Shown here: in pieces, positions 20,947 through 32,100 of the stretch
Layout of the letters: each line of letters starts with the position of its first letter
Position numbering within the stretch: position 1 is the stretch's first letter
Source of the DNA: an uncultured Methanomicrobiales archaeon
GTDB lineage: Archaea > Halobacteriota > Methanomicrobia > Methanomicrobiales > Methanospirillaceae
Assembly (NCBI GenBank): GCA_963697895.1
Contig: OY969100.1
Location: 1,952,001-2,016,000 of the forward strand
Direction: 5' to 3'
DNA: 64,000 nucleotides
The notes under the pieces: generated by a model
Database searches by the model: none
The model's input: only the letters and a program-made list of their open reading frames with translations
Told to the model about the DNA's origin: nothing
Translations under genes and position numbers: made by a program

Positions 20947-21644
20947 ATAATTCCGGATCCCTCCTGTTCTTCCAATACGTACCGGTTCAGAACCTTCAGT
21001 GTTCCTTCCAGTGAACCGTCACCAACCAAATCAGGCGCAATTCCTGCGTCCCGCATCACTCTGGCGGTGACATCCCCGATGGCCATCACGAGAAGGTCAG
21101 GGTTCCGCTTCCATATCGCCCTCCGGAAGGATTCCGCACTGGTGAAGAGGATTCCCTCCGCATCATGCAGTTCGAGTTCCTCGTCTGTCGGAATAAGTGC
21201 ATAACACCGGATTTCAACGGGAATACCCCCGGCTTGTGTGATAGATTCAATCAAAGCACTATTAGGCAGATCGGCCCGGGGTATACCTATCCGCTTTCCG
21301 TGTATCCATATTCCGAGATATGGTACAAGATCGCGCGAGTAAAAACTCGGCAGGATTTCACACGGGATACCGGCTCTCTCCAGGGCATGTGCCGTCTGGG
21401 GTCCGATCGCGATCACCCGGGGCCATTGGGGGAGCAACGGAGCGATGATCGCGGCAGGAAGGGCACTCGCAAAGAAAATACAATCAAATGCACCTTCAGC
21501 CACCATATCGACAAATACACGCACCCTGTCCTGATGAATGATAGCTTTGAGCGGAGACACACTAAAACACGAATGGCCGTATTTCGCGCAACGAACTGCA
21601 TCTTGAGCATCTTTCCCCTTTAAGCGGGTAACTGCAATCATCAT
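20943..21644 (-). CDS. hemD: Uroporphyrinogen-III synthase
   Basis: IAVTR, AIGPQTA, IPRAD, LFTSA, AIGDVTA pattern. Confidence 0.85.
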   Translation of the reverse strand: MMIAVTRLKGKDAQDAVRCAKYGHSCFSVSPLKAIIHQDRVRVFVDMVAEGAFDCIFFASALPAAIIAPLLPQWPRVIAIGPQTAHALERAGIPCEILPSFYSRDLVPYLGIWIHGKRIGIPRADLPNSALIESITQAGGIPVEIRCYALIPTDEELELHDAEGILFTSAESFRRAIWKRNPDLLVMAIGDVTARVMRDAGIAPDLVGDGSLEGTLKVLNRYVLEEQEGSGII

Positions 21645-21721
21645 GGGTTTCCAGATCCTTATCCGTGCACATTATTTATTTCGAATGATTTATCTTCATC
21701 CCTCCCGATTTTCCCGCTGAT

Positions 21722-22933
21722 ATGATAGGGGTCTTCATCGGAACACTCATTGGCGTCGTGATCGGCACGGTGAGCGGTCTTGTACCGGGAATACACGCCA
21801 ATTCAATGGCAGGGGTGCTCCTGGGACTGCAGGGCTTGTTTCTGGCATTCATAGGTCCGGATGCTGTTGCTGCAGCCCTCTTTTCTGCTCTGGTCACCCA
21901 TACATTTCTTGATATTATTCCCAGCACTTTTCTCGGTGTGCCGAACCCGGATACTGCGCTCTCGGTCCTTCCGGCCCATGCTCTGTGCCTGGAAGGAAAG
22001 GGGGAGGAAGCCGTTCGTATCGCGGCACTGGGAAGCGCGTGTGCAGCGATCATCGCGATTCCCCTGTCCGTCGTCCTTCTGGGTATAATACCTGTTTTAC
22101 AACCTTTTTTCGACTGGTGGATAGGTATTTTGATCATATGCGTCGTCGGGTATCTGATTGTCACCTGTGAGTCGGCCGGATGGGCATTGGCCGTCTTCAT
22201 CGTATCCGGTATTCTCGGTGTATTTACGATCCATTTCGGGTATGTCGGCTGGCATACCCTGGGGGCGTCGGGAATCCTGATGCCCCTCCTCTCCGGTATG
22301 TTCGGGATCTCGGTGATGATCTTTGCATCATCAGATCCCGTGCCGGATCAGCGGTTTTCCGGGATCCATATGGATAATCGCGCGATCAGGAAGGGAACTC
22401 TCCTTGGGACACTTGCCGGCACTGTCGTGGGTTGGCTGCCCGGGCTTTCGAATGCAACAGCGAATGCGGTCCTTGCATCTGTAGCAGGCTACGAACGGGA
22501 CAGACGTGGGTATCTCCTTGCTACGAGTGCGGCAAACACCGCGAATGCGTTCATCGGGATTGCGGTACTTTATGCCATAGCCCGGATGCGGAACGGTGTC
22601 ATGGTTGCACTGGCCGCAATTGACCCGCCACCCATGCAGGAGATGCTTATTGTCGGCAGTATCGCCGCTTGTGTGGCATATCTGCTCACCATCAGATTTT
22701 CAAGATCTGCACGTTTTCTGAACGGCCTGAACAGCCGGAACCTGAATTTTGCGGTGATCGGATTCGTAACCCTCCTGGGATTCATCATTGCCGGGCCGTT
22801 CGGTCTGTTAATATTGCTCCTTTCTACCCTTGTCGGGATCGTCCCGCGAATGGTCAATATTCCCCGGGTTTTTTGCATGGGTGCGATTATGCTTCCGGTC
22901 CTGCTCTATTCCTTCGGATTTGCAGCGATCTGA
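21722..22933 (+). CDS. TctA-like (tripartite tricarboxylate transporter family) membrane protein
   Basis: GLVPGIHAN, HTFLDIIPSTFLGVP, SVLPAH; many TM segments. Confidence 0.82.
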   Translation: MIGVFIGTLIGVVIGTVSGLVPGIHANSMAGVLLGLQGLFLAFIGPDAVAAALFSALVTHTFLDIIPSTFLGVPNPDTALSVLPAHALCLEGKGEEAVRIAALGSACAAIIAIPLSVVLLGIIPVLQPFFDWWIGILIICVVGYLIVTCESAGWALAVFIVSGILGVFTIHFGYVGWHTLGASGILMPLLSGMFGISVMIFASSDPVPDQRFSGIHMDNRAIRKGTLLGTLAGTVVGWLPGLSNATANAVLASVAGYERDRRGYLLATSAANTANAFIGIAVLYAIARMRNGVMVALAAIDPPPMQEMLIVGSIAACVAYLLTIRFSRSARFLNGLNSRNLNFAVIGFVTLLGFIIAGPFGLLILLLSTLVGIVPRMVNIPRVFCMGAIMLPVLLYSFGFAAI

Positions 22934-23046
22934 TCCGCTGGCAACCATAACCCCGAAGGGGATTGGTGAACAGGTGGCGGAAAAGACTGATTCTATGAAT
23001 CCAACTCGGGTTCATTATATAATAATCCACATGCAACGATCGAGTA

Positions 23047-23914
23047 ATGCCAACCTACTGGTTTGGAGATGCAGGTGAACAGGGCTGTGTGCCTGTTGCC
23101 CGGGAGCTGGAAGCACGTGCGAGGCACATGAAATCACGTATAGTCTTGAGTAAATCCTTCACGCCCCTCGAATGGCATCAGGCGGTATCATGCGGGGTAG
23201 TGAAAGATCGTGCCGATTATCTGGACCAGCTGCGACAGCTTTGTTTCCATCTGGCAGAGCAACGAATTATCGCATACTGTCGGGGTCGCGATATTGAACT
23301 GCTCCAGGTGGTGCGTACCCTTGATCAGCTGGATGAGGCGATAAACCTCCTCACCGGAAGAGCTGTTGAATGGTACCGGACCAGAAATCCCTCATTCAGC
23401 CGAAAGTACCGGTGGCTCCCCGGAAGGAAAATGGTCGAAACTATGAAGCGGGATACATTCAGGGACGCTCAGACAGTTTAGCGAAGAGATCGACCGCCTC
23501 TCGGATCTCCGCCGTACCCTGATGTATGAGGTATCGGGAAGGGCAGAACAGGTACTCCCCAATTGCAGCGCTCTCATCGGTGGCCTGGTGGCTGCCCGTC
23601 TGATGGAACGGGCAGGAGGTCTCGAGCCACTTTCCCGAATGCCTGCGAGCGCCATACAGGTCCTCGGGGCCCGTTCAGCACTTTTCTCTCATATGAGATC
23701 CGGCACGCCGCCACCAAAGCATGGGATAATCTTCCAGCACCGTCGTGTCCATTCGGCAGGAAGGGATGTCCGAGGAAGGGTTGCACGCATATTGGCGGCA
23801 AAACTCGCCATCGCAGCCCGGGTTGATTACTACCGTGGGGAACTGGCACCCGGGTTTGTAGCGAAAGCACAGGCGGCCATTGATCGTGCAGGGGTGAAAA
23901 ATGCACTGGATTGA
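23047..23914 (+). CDS. nop5: Box C/D sRNP protein Nop5 (Nop56/58), apparent +1 frameshift at ~23458
   Basis: VRTLDQLDEAINLL..R..EWY in the first frame; PNCSALIGGLVAARL, MPASAIQVLGA, PPKHGIIFQH, RGRVARILAAKLAIAARVD in the next frame. Confidence 0.88.
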
Positions 23915-24510
23915 GGGGGTGCTCGTGTCTCCGGGTGAACCGGGCGTCTATGGGGAAAGAACATTACAGGGTTACCGTGTATGGGATCCATACCGGAGCA
24001 AACTTGCGGCTGTTTATCATCTCGGTCACGGAGTTGAACTCGATGTGACCATGAGAGTTCTCTATCTTGGGGCCGCTCACGGTACCGACCGTTTCCCATG
24101 TCGCAGATTATTCAGAATGCGTATATGCCATTGAATTTGCTCCAAATCCCATGCAGGATCTCCTGATGGTCGCGCAAAGGAGGAGGAATATCATCCCGGT
24201 CATGGCGGATGCGGCCCATCCCGAAGAGTATGCCGCCCTCGTAGAACGGGTTGATCTCGTGTACCAGGACGTGGCGCAGACGGACCAGGCCGAAATAGCA
24301 ATTAAAAACGCCATCTTTCTCCGCGACGGGGGGAAATTTATTCTGATACTGAAAACGCGAAGCGTGGATGTGCGAAAAGATCCAGAAGAAGTACGGAGTG
24401 AGGCAAGCCAAAAACTGATAAATGCTGGTTTTTCCCTCGAATCCGAATTCTGGCTTTCACCGTACCATCAGGATCACGCGGTCCTGATTTCCTCCGTAAA
24501 CCGGGAGTGA
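23901..24510 (+). CDS. flpA: Fibrillarin-like rRNA/tRNA 2'-O-methyltransferase, apparent +1 frameshift at ~24086
   Basis: YRVWDPYRSKLAA, VLYLGAAHGT|TVSHVAD, YQDVAQTDQAEI, LSPYHQDH. Confidence 0.9.
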
Positions 24511-24663
24511 ACGCTTTTGAGGAGTTGTCCCATTCACGTATCGAAAAATGTCATAAAATCGAGTTATGCCTGCATCTGGTAGACAACCCCTCTTTTCGGG
24601 AAATACCGAGATTCGATGTTTTATTGAACGGGCAGGATGATCCCGGACCAGAAATAGCGTGAA

Positions 24664-24736
<73 letters not shown>

Positions 24737-24787
24737 GCACCTCTCATTTTTTGCTCGTATGTCCTCATTAAAGTGACTGTTGGAAGG

Positions 24788-25513
24788 TTATACGTCCCGG
24801 GATCGCGAACACCCTCCGCACTTATTGCACACTTCCTGAATCGGTTGGATATATTCTCCCTTACCGCAGAACGGTTCTATGTCGTTGATGTCACGCAGGT
24901 AATAGATGTGCGGAACCAGGGAGATGTGCGTATACGTTCCACAGGGAATACCAAGCTGCCCGGCGATGTGGTTCTGTAAAGATACAAGGGCGTACATATT
25001 GGCGCCGGCCGCCGTAAGCATGTCGTTACTCCGGAAAACGGCCTTCATCCGAAGAGTCCCATTACGTACCAGACATTGTATCAGCTGAAGACACGGGCAT
25101 TCGTCCAGCAGCTCATCGATAACCGGGTTCCAGGTGATGGCAATCGCCCTCCGGCTGACCGGAGATGCAGAGAGTTTTTTCACGATGTATGCAATCTGGT
25201 CGATCCGGACCTCCTTCCCACCTGTGGAAAGCCGTTCTCCCCAGGCAAACAGTCTTCCATGGTAGTCGTATTCGAATACAGCATTTGAGCCGTGAATGAG
25301 ATCCTCTGCATAACGCTCCATAAATTTCTGGCCAAAACGGGAATGAGGACTAACCATGGGCTTCCCGAGCGGAGTATCTATCTGCATGGCAACGGAATCT
25401 AACTCTACCGTTGCCTCACCATCTTCTGTCTCAAGAACCTCTCCCTTTTCGAGAAGCATTTTTACCACCAGCTCATGTGCCCTTGCAATGTTTGGTGCCC
25501 GGATAACCCTCAT
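24788..25513 (-). CDS. thyA: Thymidylate synthase (archaeal ThyA-type)
   Basis: FEYDYHGRL, SRRAIAITW, CPCLQ, FRSNDM, ANMYAL, HIY. Confidence 0.9.
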   Translation of the reverse strand: MRVIRAPNIARAHELVVKMLLEKGEVLETEDGEATVELDSVAMQIDTPLGKPMVSPHSRFGQKFMERYAEDLIHGSNAVFEYDYHGRLFAWGERLSTGGKEVRIDQIAYIVKKLSASPVSRRAIAITWNPVIDELLDECPCLQLIQCLVRNGTLRMKAVFRSNDMLTAAGANMYALVSLQNHIAGQLGIPCGTYTHISLVPHIYYLRDINDIEPFCGKGEYIQPIQEVCNKCGGCSRSRDV

Positions 25514-25966
25514 GATTCAAAGGGTTTGAGAGTACGGATTAAAATAGATGAGCAAGTACTGACCGACCAGGTGCATCCGGTGATCCGGGATTGCAGTAGA
25601 ACAAACGGAAGATATTTGCGGACAATGCGTGAAATACGGATCATCCGGGAATACCCCTGATATCCCTGTGCGCGTGGGAAGATTCCCCCGGCGAACATGC
25701 ACGAACAGGTTGGCAGGGAGGGGGGGTGAGGGGTTTCTCAAAAACGCGATAAACAGCGCTGATCACGCTGACTCCGCAATTTTTTCCTCCTTCAGGGGGT
25801 CTTCATGACCAAAAAGGATATATCAGGTGTTTCACTAATATTGATTCATATTCCGTTATTCGGAGTATGGAGCACTATGAACCGGGAATCGACAGGTGTC
25901 GAACCGGTTGATATGCATTTGGATTGAACGTTCCACATTTGGACATGAGTAAGGAGGACAAATACG

Positions 25967-28546
25967 ATGACTAAGCGATTAAGCCTTGTCGTGATCGCAT
26001 GCCTCGCACTACTGGCGCTGCTCATTCTGCCGGCGTCAGCAGCTTCGGCGGTGGCGACGGTCCCGGCAGGCGGAGATGTATTTATCGGCGAACAGGGCCT
26101 CGATGTTACGGCCTGCGTCGGAACTGCAACAAGTCTTGCATGGTTTGCCGCAGGGAGTGCCCCGGCAACCGATGTACCCAACTATGTATTGACGATCGGC
26201 GACCCGGCCAATTTCTATGTGGCCCCCTCGACCTTCGTCGGTAGAACCGGCAACTGGTATCAGTGGTCAGGTTCATCCCCGGCGGGAGCTGCGGCATTTA
26301 ATGCACTGGACCCGTCCATGGACCTCAAAGTCTGGGATCAGGGTACAAACAAGGATGTGTCTGGCAAATCGGTTGCACCGGGAGAATTCCTGAACTTCCG
26401 GGTCGAGACCAACCTGTATACGGTCGCACAACAGCGGAGCCCCGCAGTGGGGATCTTCACGATCAAGGTGAAGACCGCGGATGGTGCGGTCTATAATGCA
26501 CTGTACCAGTCAACGGACACTACCATCACGCTGCTGGGAGTCAACATCAGCGCTCAGCCCGGCTACTGGGTAACCCCGCCGCCACCCCTGAATGCAAACG
26601 GATGGAACACCGGGGTTGTTGATAACGCGGGAACCAAGATCTACAAGGCAGGGACCTACAGCTGCACCGTTGAGTCAAACGTCAACGGGATGAAAGACAA
26701 CTACAAGGCACCTGACGGATCCGACTACACCGGCAAGACCATTTCGGGAGTCCGAACGGTCAACATCGCTACCGACACGGTAGCCATCGAGGCCAGCAAG
26801 GACTCGGTTGTGAAAGGTAACCCGTTCTCGGTCACCATCACTGGCAGGCCCAGCACCCCCTACATCCTGTGGGTCAAGGGTACCGGCCAGATGACCGGTG
26901 CCCCACAGAACCAGCCGCCGTTCATCCTGTCGAACCAGGAAGGACTTCTCCAGGATCCCGTCAATGGACCCTATAACATCGGTGGCTACCAGTTCCAGGG
27001 CGGCGCAGGCCGGACGGTCAAGCAGGACGTTCCCGCTGTGCCAAGCAACGGTACTATCTACTATGGACTGGTGACCCTGAAGGACACAGGCGTCCGCACG
27101 ATCGGCTGGCAGTCCACCCAGGATACCAAGGACCAGAAGTACACCATCCGTGTCGAACGCGGACCGCCGGGGTCGAATGGCCTGCCTGCGATCTTTGCAA
27201 ACGTCACGGAGTACAAGTCCGATGAAGTGGATGTCACAATAGAGAAGGGAACGGTCACGGTCGTAGCGGCCGGAGACCAGAGTTACTACCTCGGTGCGGA
27301 AGTCCAGTTGTCCGGTACGAACTCGGAGACCGACACGGTCTACCTGTTCATCACGGGACCGAACCTCCCGGTTGCCGGGGGCCAGCTGACCAACCCGAGA
27401 GCACCGGTCGTAGATGGGGATCCCACAACATTCACCACCACGTCCGTGCTCGATGACAACACCTGGAGTTACAAGTGGCAGACGGCAAACCTCAACGTCG
27501 ATGCAGGTACATACACGATCTGGGCGGTATCAACCCCGAATAACCGGGACAACCTCGGAAACACCCAGTACTCGACTGTATCGGTCATCATCAAGAAGCC
27601 GTTCGTGTCTGCAACCACCTCCGCATCGACCGTCGCCGCCGGTGACAAGTTGTATGTCCGCGGTGTTGCAGCCGGTCAGCCCTCTCCGGGAGTCGCCATC
27701 TGGGTTCTCGGAAAGAACTATGCAAGCTACAAGACAACGACCGTGAACTCTGACGGCACCTTCTCGCAGGAGTACACCTCGGGAGAGACGTCACAGCTGG
27801 CAAGCGGCCAGTATTTCGTCGTCGTCCAGCACCCGATGTACAATGACGTATTCGATGTGTACCCGTCCGGGCAAATATTCCCAGGCGGACCGTCGGTATT
27901 TGTCCAGAGCACGTACCCGACCCCCGGAAGCAACGTCTTCCAGTTGACCGGTCCGGGCAGTCTCCAGGGATCTGACGCGGCAGAGGCACTCGTTACCGCA
28001 CTGAACAACCCCAGTGTTGACGATACCTATACCAAGCTCCAGTTCCTGATCGACACCCCGACGATCAACATCTTACCGATCCCGCAGCAGACGGTAGGCG
28101 ACCAGTTTACCATCAAGGGAACAACGAACCTCGCGGTTGATGACGAGATCAGCGTTCAGGTAACCTCCTCGTCCTTCCAGCCCACCCAGAAGACCCAGAG
28201 CGGGGAATTCAGCGGTGCCAGTGGCACGGTAAAGGTCGTGCAGGGAACGGGCGGATTGAACACCTGGTCATTCCCGGTCGATTCCAAGAACTTCCAGCCC
28301 GATGAGTACATCGTGGATGTCGAAGGCATCACCGTGACCGCATCCGCAACCGCACTGTTTAATGTCGTTGCATATGTGCCGACCACGGTTCCGACCACGG
28401 TTGTTACGACCGTCCCGGTTACCAACGTAACCACCATTCCGACCACCATACCCACCACGGTACCAACCACTACACCCGGATTTGGTGCATTGATTGCCCT
28501 GGTCGGTCTTGGAGCAGTTGCATTCCTCGTCGTGAGGAAGCACTAA
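25967..28546 (+). CDS. Major cell-surface/S-layer-type glycoprotein with PGF-CTERM sorting signal
   Basis: Signal peptide, GGDVFIGEQGLDVT N-terminal domain, Ig-like beta repeats, N-glycosylation sequons, Thr-rich linker, PGF-TM-RKH C-terminus; strong C-ending codon bias; poly-T downstream. Confidence 0.9.
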   Translation: MTKRLSLVVIACLALLALLILPASAASAVATVPAGGDVFIGEQGLDVTACVGTATSLAWFAAGSAPATDVPNYVLTIGDPANFYVAPSTFVGRTGNWYQWSGSSPAGAAAFNALDPSMDLKVWDQGTNKDVSGKSVAPGEFLNFRVETNLYTVAQQRSPAVGIFTIKVKTADGAVYNALYQSTDTTITLLGVNISAQPGYWVTPPPPLNANGWNTGVVDNAGTKIYKAGTYSCTVESNVNGMKDNYKAPDGSDYTGKTISGVRTVNIATDTVAIEASKDSVVKGNPFSVTITGRPSTPYILWVKGTGQMTGAPQNQPPFILSNQEGLLQDPVNGPYNIGGYQFQGGAGRTVKQDVPAVPSNGTIYYGLVTLKDTGVRTIGWQSTQDTKDQKYTIRVERGPPGSNGLPAIFANVTEYKSDEVDVTIEKGTVTVVAAGDQSYYLGAEVQLSGTNSETDTVYLFITGPNLPVAGGQLTNPRAPVVDGDPTTFTTTSVLDDNTWSYKWQTANLNVDAGTYTIWAVSTPNNRDNLGNTQYSTVSVIIKKPFVSATTSASTVAAGDKLYVRGVAAGQPSPGVAIWVLGKNYASYKTTTVNSDGTFSQEYTSGETSQLASGQYFVVVQHPMYNDVFDVYPSGQIFPGGPSVFVQSTYPTPGSNVFQLTGPGSLQGSDAAEALVTALNNPSVDDTYTKLQFLIDTPTINILPIPQQTVGDQFTIKGTTNLAVDDEISVQVTSSSFQPTQKTQSGEFSGASGTVKVVQGTGGLNTWSFPVDSKNFQPDEYIVDVEGITVTASATALFNVVAYVPTTVPTTVVTTVPVTNVTTIPTTIPTTVPTTTPGFGALIALVGLGAVAFLVVRKH
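28378..28478 (+). repeat. Degenerate 12-nt repeats encoding (V/I)PTT Thr-rich linker
   Basis: VPTTVPTTVVTTVPVTNVTTIPTTIPTTVPTTTP. Confidence 0.8.
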
Positions 28547-28825
28547 ATCTACATTTTTTTCACGTTTTCTTACCGCAGATCTCTCCGGTGACTTAACCGA
28601 TAATTCTCGAATTAAGGTCTCGGCCGTTTCAATACGAAAAGGGGCCGCGATCCGCTCTTTGGCCTTTGCCTTTTTTGATTATCTCCAGACGTGGAGCATT
28701 ATTAAGGGAGACTGCATATATTCTGGTCTAAGAACTTCCATCGAATCTGAGAGATCGGGGATCGTAACGGCACGGTGAATGATGCAACTCATTCGGTGCG
28801 TTTGCTCGAGATCACGGGAGAACAC

Positions 28826-30355
28826 ATGAAGCTGAATGCAAAACTGATGGATATTGCGACGCGGGAAGTCCTGCTCAATCGAAGCGATGCGGCGGAAATT
28901 GGTGTGTTAATGGGGGATCGGGCACAGATCCTGAATCAGGCGAACGGGGTCTCTGTAGCCGCCTTTGTGGATACCACCACATCCCTGATTCCCAAAGGGA
29001 CCATCGGCATCTATCTGGAAACAAATGGCCGGCTTTCAGTTGTGGATGGCGCCACCGTCGAGGTACGAAAGGCGGAAAGTCCGGTATCGCTTGCGTACAT
29101 CCGGAAGAAAATGGACGGCGGCCGGCTCTCCAAGGAAGAGACGGATGCAATTATAAACGATGTGGTCAGGGATAACCTGTCTCCAGCCGAGCTCACCGCG
29201 TATATCACCGCCAGTTATATCAATGCATTGAATATGGATGAAGTGGAGCACCTGACCCGGGCGATGGTGGACACGGGCGACCGGCTCACGTTCCACGCTC
29301 ACCCAATCGTCGATAAGCATTCGATCGGGGGTGTCCCGGGGAACAAGATATCGCTTCTTGTAGTCCCAATCATAGCAGCTGCCGGTCTGAAGATCCCAAA
29401 AACCAGTTCCCGGGCGATCACCGGGGCGGCTGGAACAGCAGACCTGATGGAGGTGCTCGCCCCGGTTGAATTTTCAGCGACAGAGGTCGAGAAGATGACA
29501 CTCCGGGTCGGAGGTGCGATCGTATGGGGAGGTGCAACCAACATCGCTCCTGCCGATGATCGAATCATCATTCAGGAATATCCCTTCAAGATCGACGCCC
29601 GGGGACAGATGCTGGCAAGCGTGATGGCGAAGAAGTCAGCAATCGGGGCGGATCTGGTCGTGATCGATATCCCCATCGGATCTCACGCGAAGGTTTCGGA
29701 TATCCAGGAGGGGAGAAAGCTTGCCCGTGAATTCATCGAGCTTGGCGATCGCCTCAAGATCCAGGTCGAATGTGCTCTTACGTATGGCGATTCCCCGGTC
29801 GGGAGAACAATCGGTCCTCATCTGGAGGTTATCGAGGCATTGAAGGTTCTTGAGGGGGCGAATGAACCGAACTCCCTGATCCAGAAGAGCGTAGCCATCG
29901 CCGGAATGGCACTCGAGATGTCGGGCAAGGCCGCAAAAGGAGCAGGATCAGAGGCCGCACACGAAATCCTCAGAAGTGGAAAAGCACTTGAAAAGCTCCG
30001 CCAGATTATTGAGATACAAGGTGGCAACTCAAAAATTACCTCAAATGACATCACCCCGGGACAGTTCACCTTTGTCGTGAATGCTCCCGCAACAGGGTAT
30101 GTGATCGAGTTGAACAACTCATCTCTCGTCAGCATCGCCCGCGCAGCAGGTGCACCACATGATCCGGGAGCGGGGATACTCCTCCATGCCAAGAAAGGAA
30201 ACAGGGTGAAGGCGGGTGAACCGATATTCACCATTCACGCGGACCGGAACTGGCGCCTCCAGAGAGCGGTTGAAGAAGGCAGGAGCCTTATGCCGGTGCT
30301 GGTGGAGGGAATGCTCCTTGACCGGATACCCCATGAGATGCGGTGGGAAGAATAG
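28826..30355 (+). CDS. deoA: AMP phosphorylase (thymidine phosphorylase family)
   Basis: [42 protein letters not shown]; ~510 aa with N-terminal extension. Confidence 0.92.
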   Translation: MKLNAKLMDIATREVLLNRSDAAEIGVLMGDRAQILNQANGVSVAAFVDTTTSLIPKGTIGIYLETNGRLSVVDGATVEVRKAESPVSLAYIRKKMDGGRLSKEETDAIINDVVRDNLSPAELTAYITASYINALNMDEVEHLTRAMVDTGDRLTFHAHPIVDKHSIGGVPGNKISLLVVPIIAAAGLKIPKTSSRAITGAAGTADLMEVLAPVEFSATEVEKMTLRVGGAIVWGGATNIAPADDRIIIQEYPFKIDARGQMLASVMAKKSAIGADLVVIDIPIGSHAKVSDIQEGRKLAREFIELGDRLKIQVECALTYGDSPVGRTIGPHLEVIEALKVLEGANEPNSLIQKSVAIAGMALEMSGKAAKGAGSEAAHEILRSGKALEKLRQIIEIQGGNSKITSNDITPGQFTFVVNAPATGYVIELNNSSLVSIARAAGAPHDPGAGILLHAKKGNRVKAGEPIFTIHADRNWRLQRAVEEGRSLMPVLVEGMLLDRIPHEMRWEE

Positions 30356-30539
30356 GGCTGTACTCGCTTTTATGAACACTTGGATCAAGAGAATCCCAAT
30401 CTGATCGTCGTAAAACCCTGCGGTCCTCTATGAGCCCGGATCGCAGATGTAACCGCAAATAGGGTATTTAGGTTCTGATGGAGAACAGACGCTATCGCGG
30501 GGATTGAGGGGGCGAATTGGATAACCCCCGATAGCACAA

Positions 30540-30611
30540 CGGACCCAGCGGGAATCGAACCCGCGTCCTTGGGTCCGAAGCCCAAGAGGATGTCCTCTAC
30601 CCCATGGATCC
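30540..30611 (-). tRNA. tRNA-Arg (TCG)
   Basis: Anticodon arm TTGGG-CTTCGGA-CCCAA; T-arm GCGGGTTCGATTCCCGC. Confidence 0.95.
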
Positions 30612-30667
30612 GTCATTTCGTTTATCATCCAAGATATTAAGCATTTTCAACCGCATTGATCTGTCAT

Positions 30668-31105
30668 ATGATCCTGTCATCTCAGGAGATCTGCAGACGC
30701 CTTCAAAATAATGGGGAGAAAGATAGCCTCATTATCAGGCCTTACAGCGAAGAATGTCAGCAACCGGCATCGTATGATCTTAGAATTGCTGACAAAACCC
30801 TTCTTTCACGGGGCGTATGTACTCTCGTTTCCAGTCTGGAGTGGATACAGCTCCCTGTTGATCTGGCGGCAACAATCCGCTGCCGATCTTCCCTCGGGAG
30901 AAGAGGCATTTTAATCACCGGAGGGTTTGTCGATCCCGGGTTTCGCGGTCAGCTGACCCTCTGTCTGACAAATCTGGGAGTGACCGAGGTCGTCCTCAAC
31001 CAGAATGATCGCGTGGTGCAACTGATCCTGCAGGAGGTATCGTCGGGTGTTCGCGGGTATGAAGGACGGTATCAGGATAGCACAGGCGTGGTGAGGGCAA
31101 GATGA
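30668..31105 (+). CDS. dcd: dCTP deaminase / dUTPase family protein
   Basis: QPASYDLRI, RSSLGRRG, GFVDPGFRGQLTL, YEGRYQ. Confidence 0.88.
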   Translation: MILSSQEICRRLQNNGEKDSLIIRPYSEECQQPASYDLRIADKTLLSRGVCTLVSSLEWIQLPVDLAATIRCRSSLGRRGILITGGFVDPGFRGQLTLCLTNLGVTEVVLNQNDRVVQLILQEVSSGVRGYEGRYQDSTGVVRAR

Positions 31106-32062
31106 CAGTTCTTCGCACGGAACGAAAATATATCGAAATACTCCGGATTCTAAAGGATCATAACGAGCCTCTCGGCGCGAAGCGTCTCTCGGAGTTAATG
31201 GCAGAACATGGATATGTTCTTTCAGATCGGGCAGTCCAGTACTATCTTTCTTATCTCGATGCGATGGGTTTCACCGAAAAAGTGGGAAATCAAGGGCGGA
31301 TTCTGACATCCGAAGGAATGGCGGAGTCAGAAAATGCCCTGGTGGAAGATCGGATCGGATTTATTATTTCAAAACTGGAACGGCTTGCATTTAGAAGCAC
31401 TTTTGATCCTGTAACGCAGACGGGGGATGTCGCATACAACCTGTCGATTGTGCCGGAAAACCAGCTTGAAGGGGTCTGCGGAGCGTTCGATGAGGTTATA
31501 TCGGCAGGTTTGGGATTCTTCTCATCATATCATGTCATCGAGCAGGATCCCCGGATACCCGATGGCTCTGTCGGGATCATGACTATCTGCAGTATTACGA
31601 TGGATGGCGTTCTCCAGCGGCGCGGAATACCGGTGAGAATGGCGTATGGCGGGCGCCTTAGTATTGATGAGGGGGAACCACAGCGGTTCCTGGACCTCAT
31701 CGGGTACCGGGGGACCACTATTGACCCCCTCCAGTTGTTCATCTCCGCCGGCCTGACCTCTATATCCTCCCTTGTCACGCAAAAAAAAGGCGTAGCCCTT
31801 GCAAATGTCAGGGAGGTGCCGGTGGGGTCCGGCACGCAGGTCGGGGAGTATATCGAAATGATGAGGAAATGCGGATTTGTGTATCCGATCCGGATGGGAA
31901 CATCAATCTTCAATCTCCGGCCGGATCCATACCGGCTCTCGATTGTTGCATTTAGCGGCCTGAATTTTATTGGAAATGCGGTGGAACACGGGTTCAGAAT
32001 CAAGACAGAGATCGGAGCGGGAAATATATCGTTCTCAAAACTTACCGGCCGGAGTCTGATGA
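31102..32062 (+). CDS. NrpR-family regulator (wHTH plus NrpR regulatory domain); true 3' end probably ~32059 (run-on ORF to 32286 likely a +1 error)
   Basis: IEILRIL..PLGAKRLS..LSDRAVQYYL..GFTEKVG..GRILT; TICSITMDGVL; YRGTTIDPL; TGATGA in the +1 frame at 32057. Confidence 0.8.
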
Positions 32063-32100
32063 ACCAACCGGTGTGTCCATCATTTCCGAATATTCTGCAG

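Noticed and set aside
9441-24090. Programmed +1 ribosomal frameshifting in PLD, the methylthiotransferase, nop5 and fibrillarin
   Set aside because: No shared slippery sequence or stimulatory structure; each site is simply a doubled base, which fits sequencing error better
28378-28478. Tandem repeat as a CRISPR-like or guide array
   Set aside because: It is an in-frame Thr/Pro-rich linker before the PGF-CTERM anchor, with no repeat-spacer structure; no CRISPR array was seen anywhere in the window
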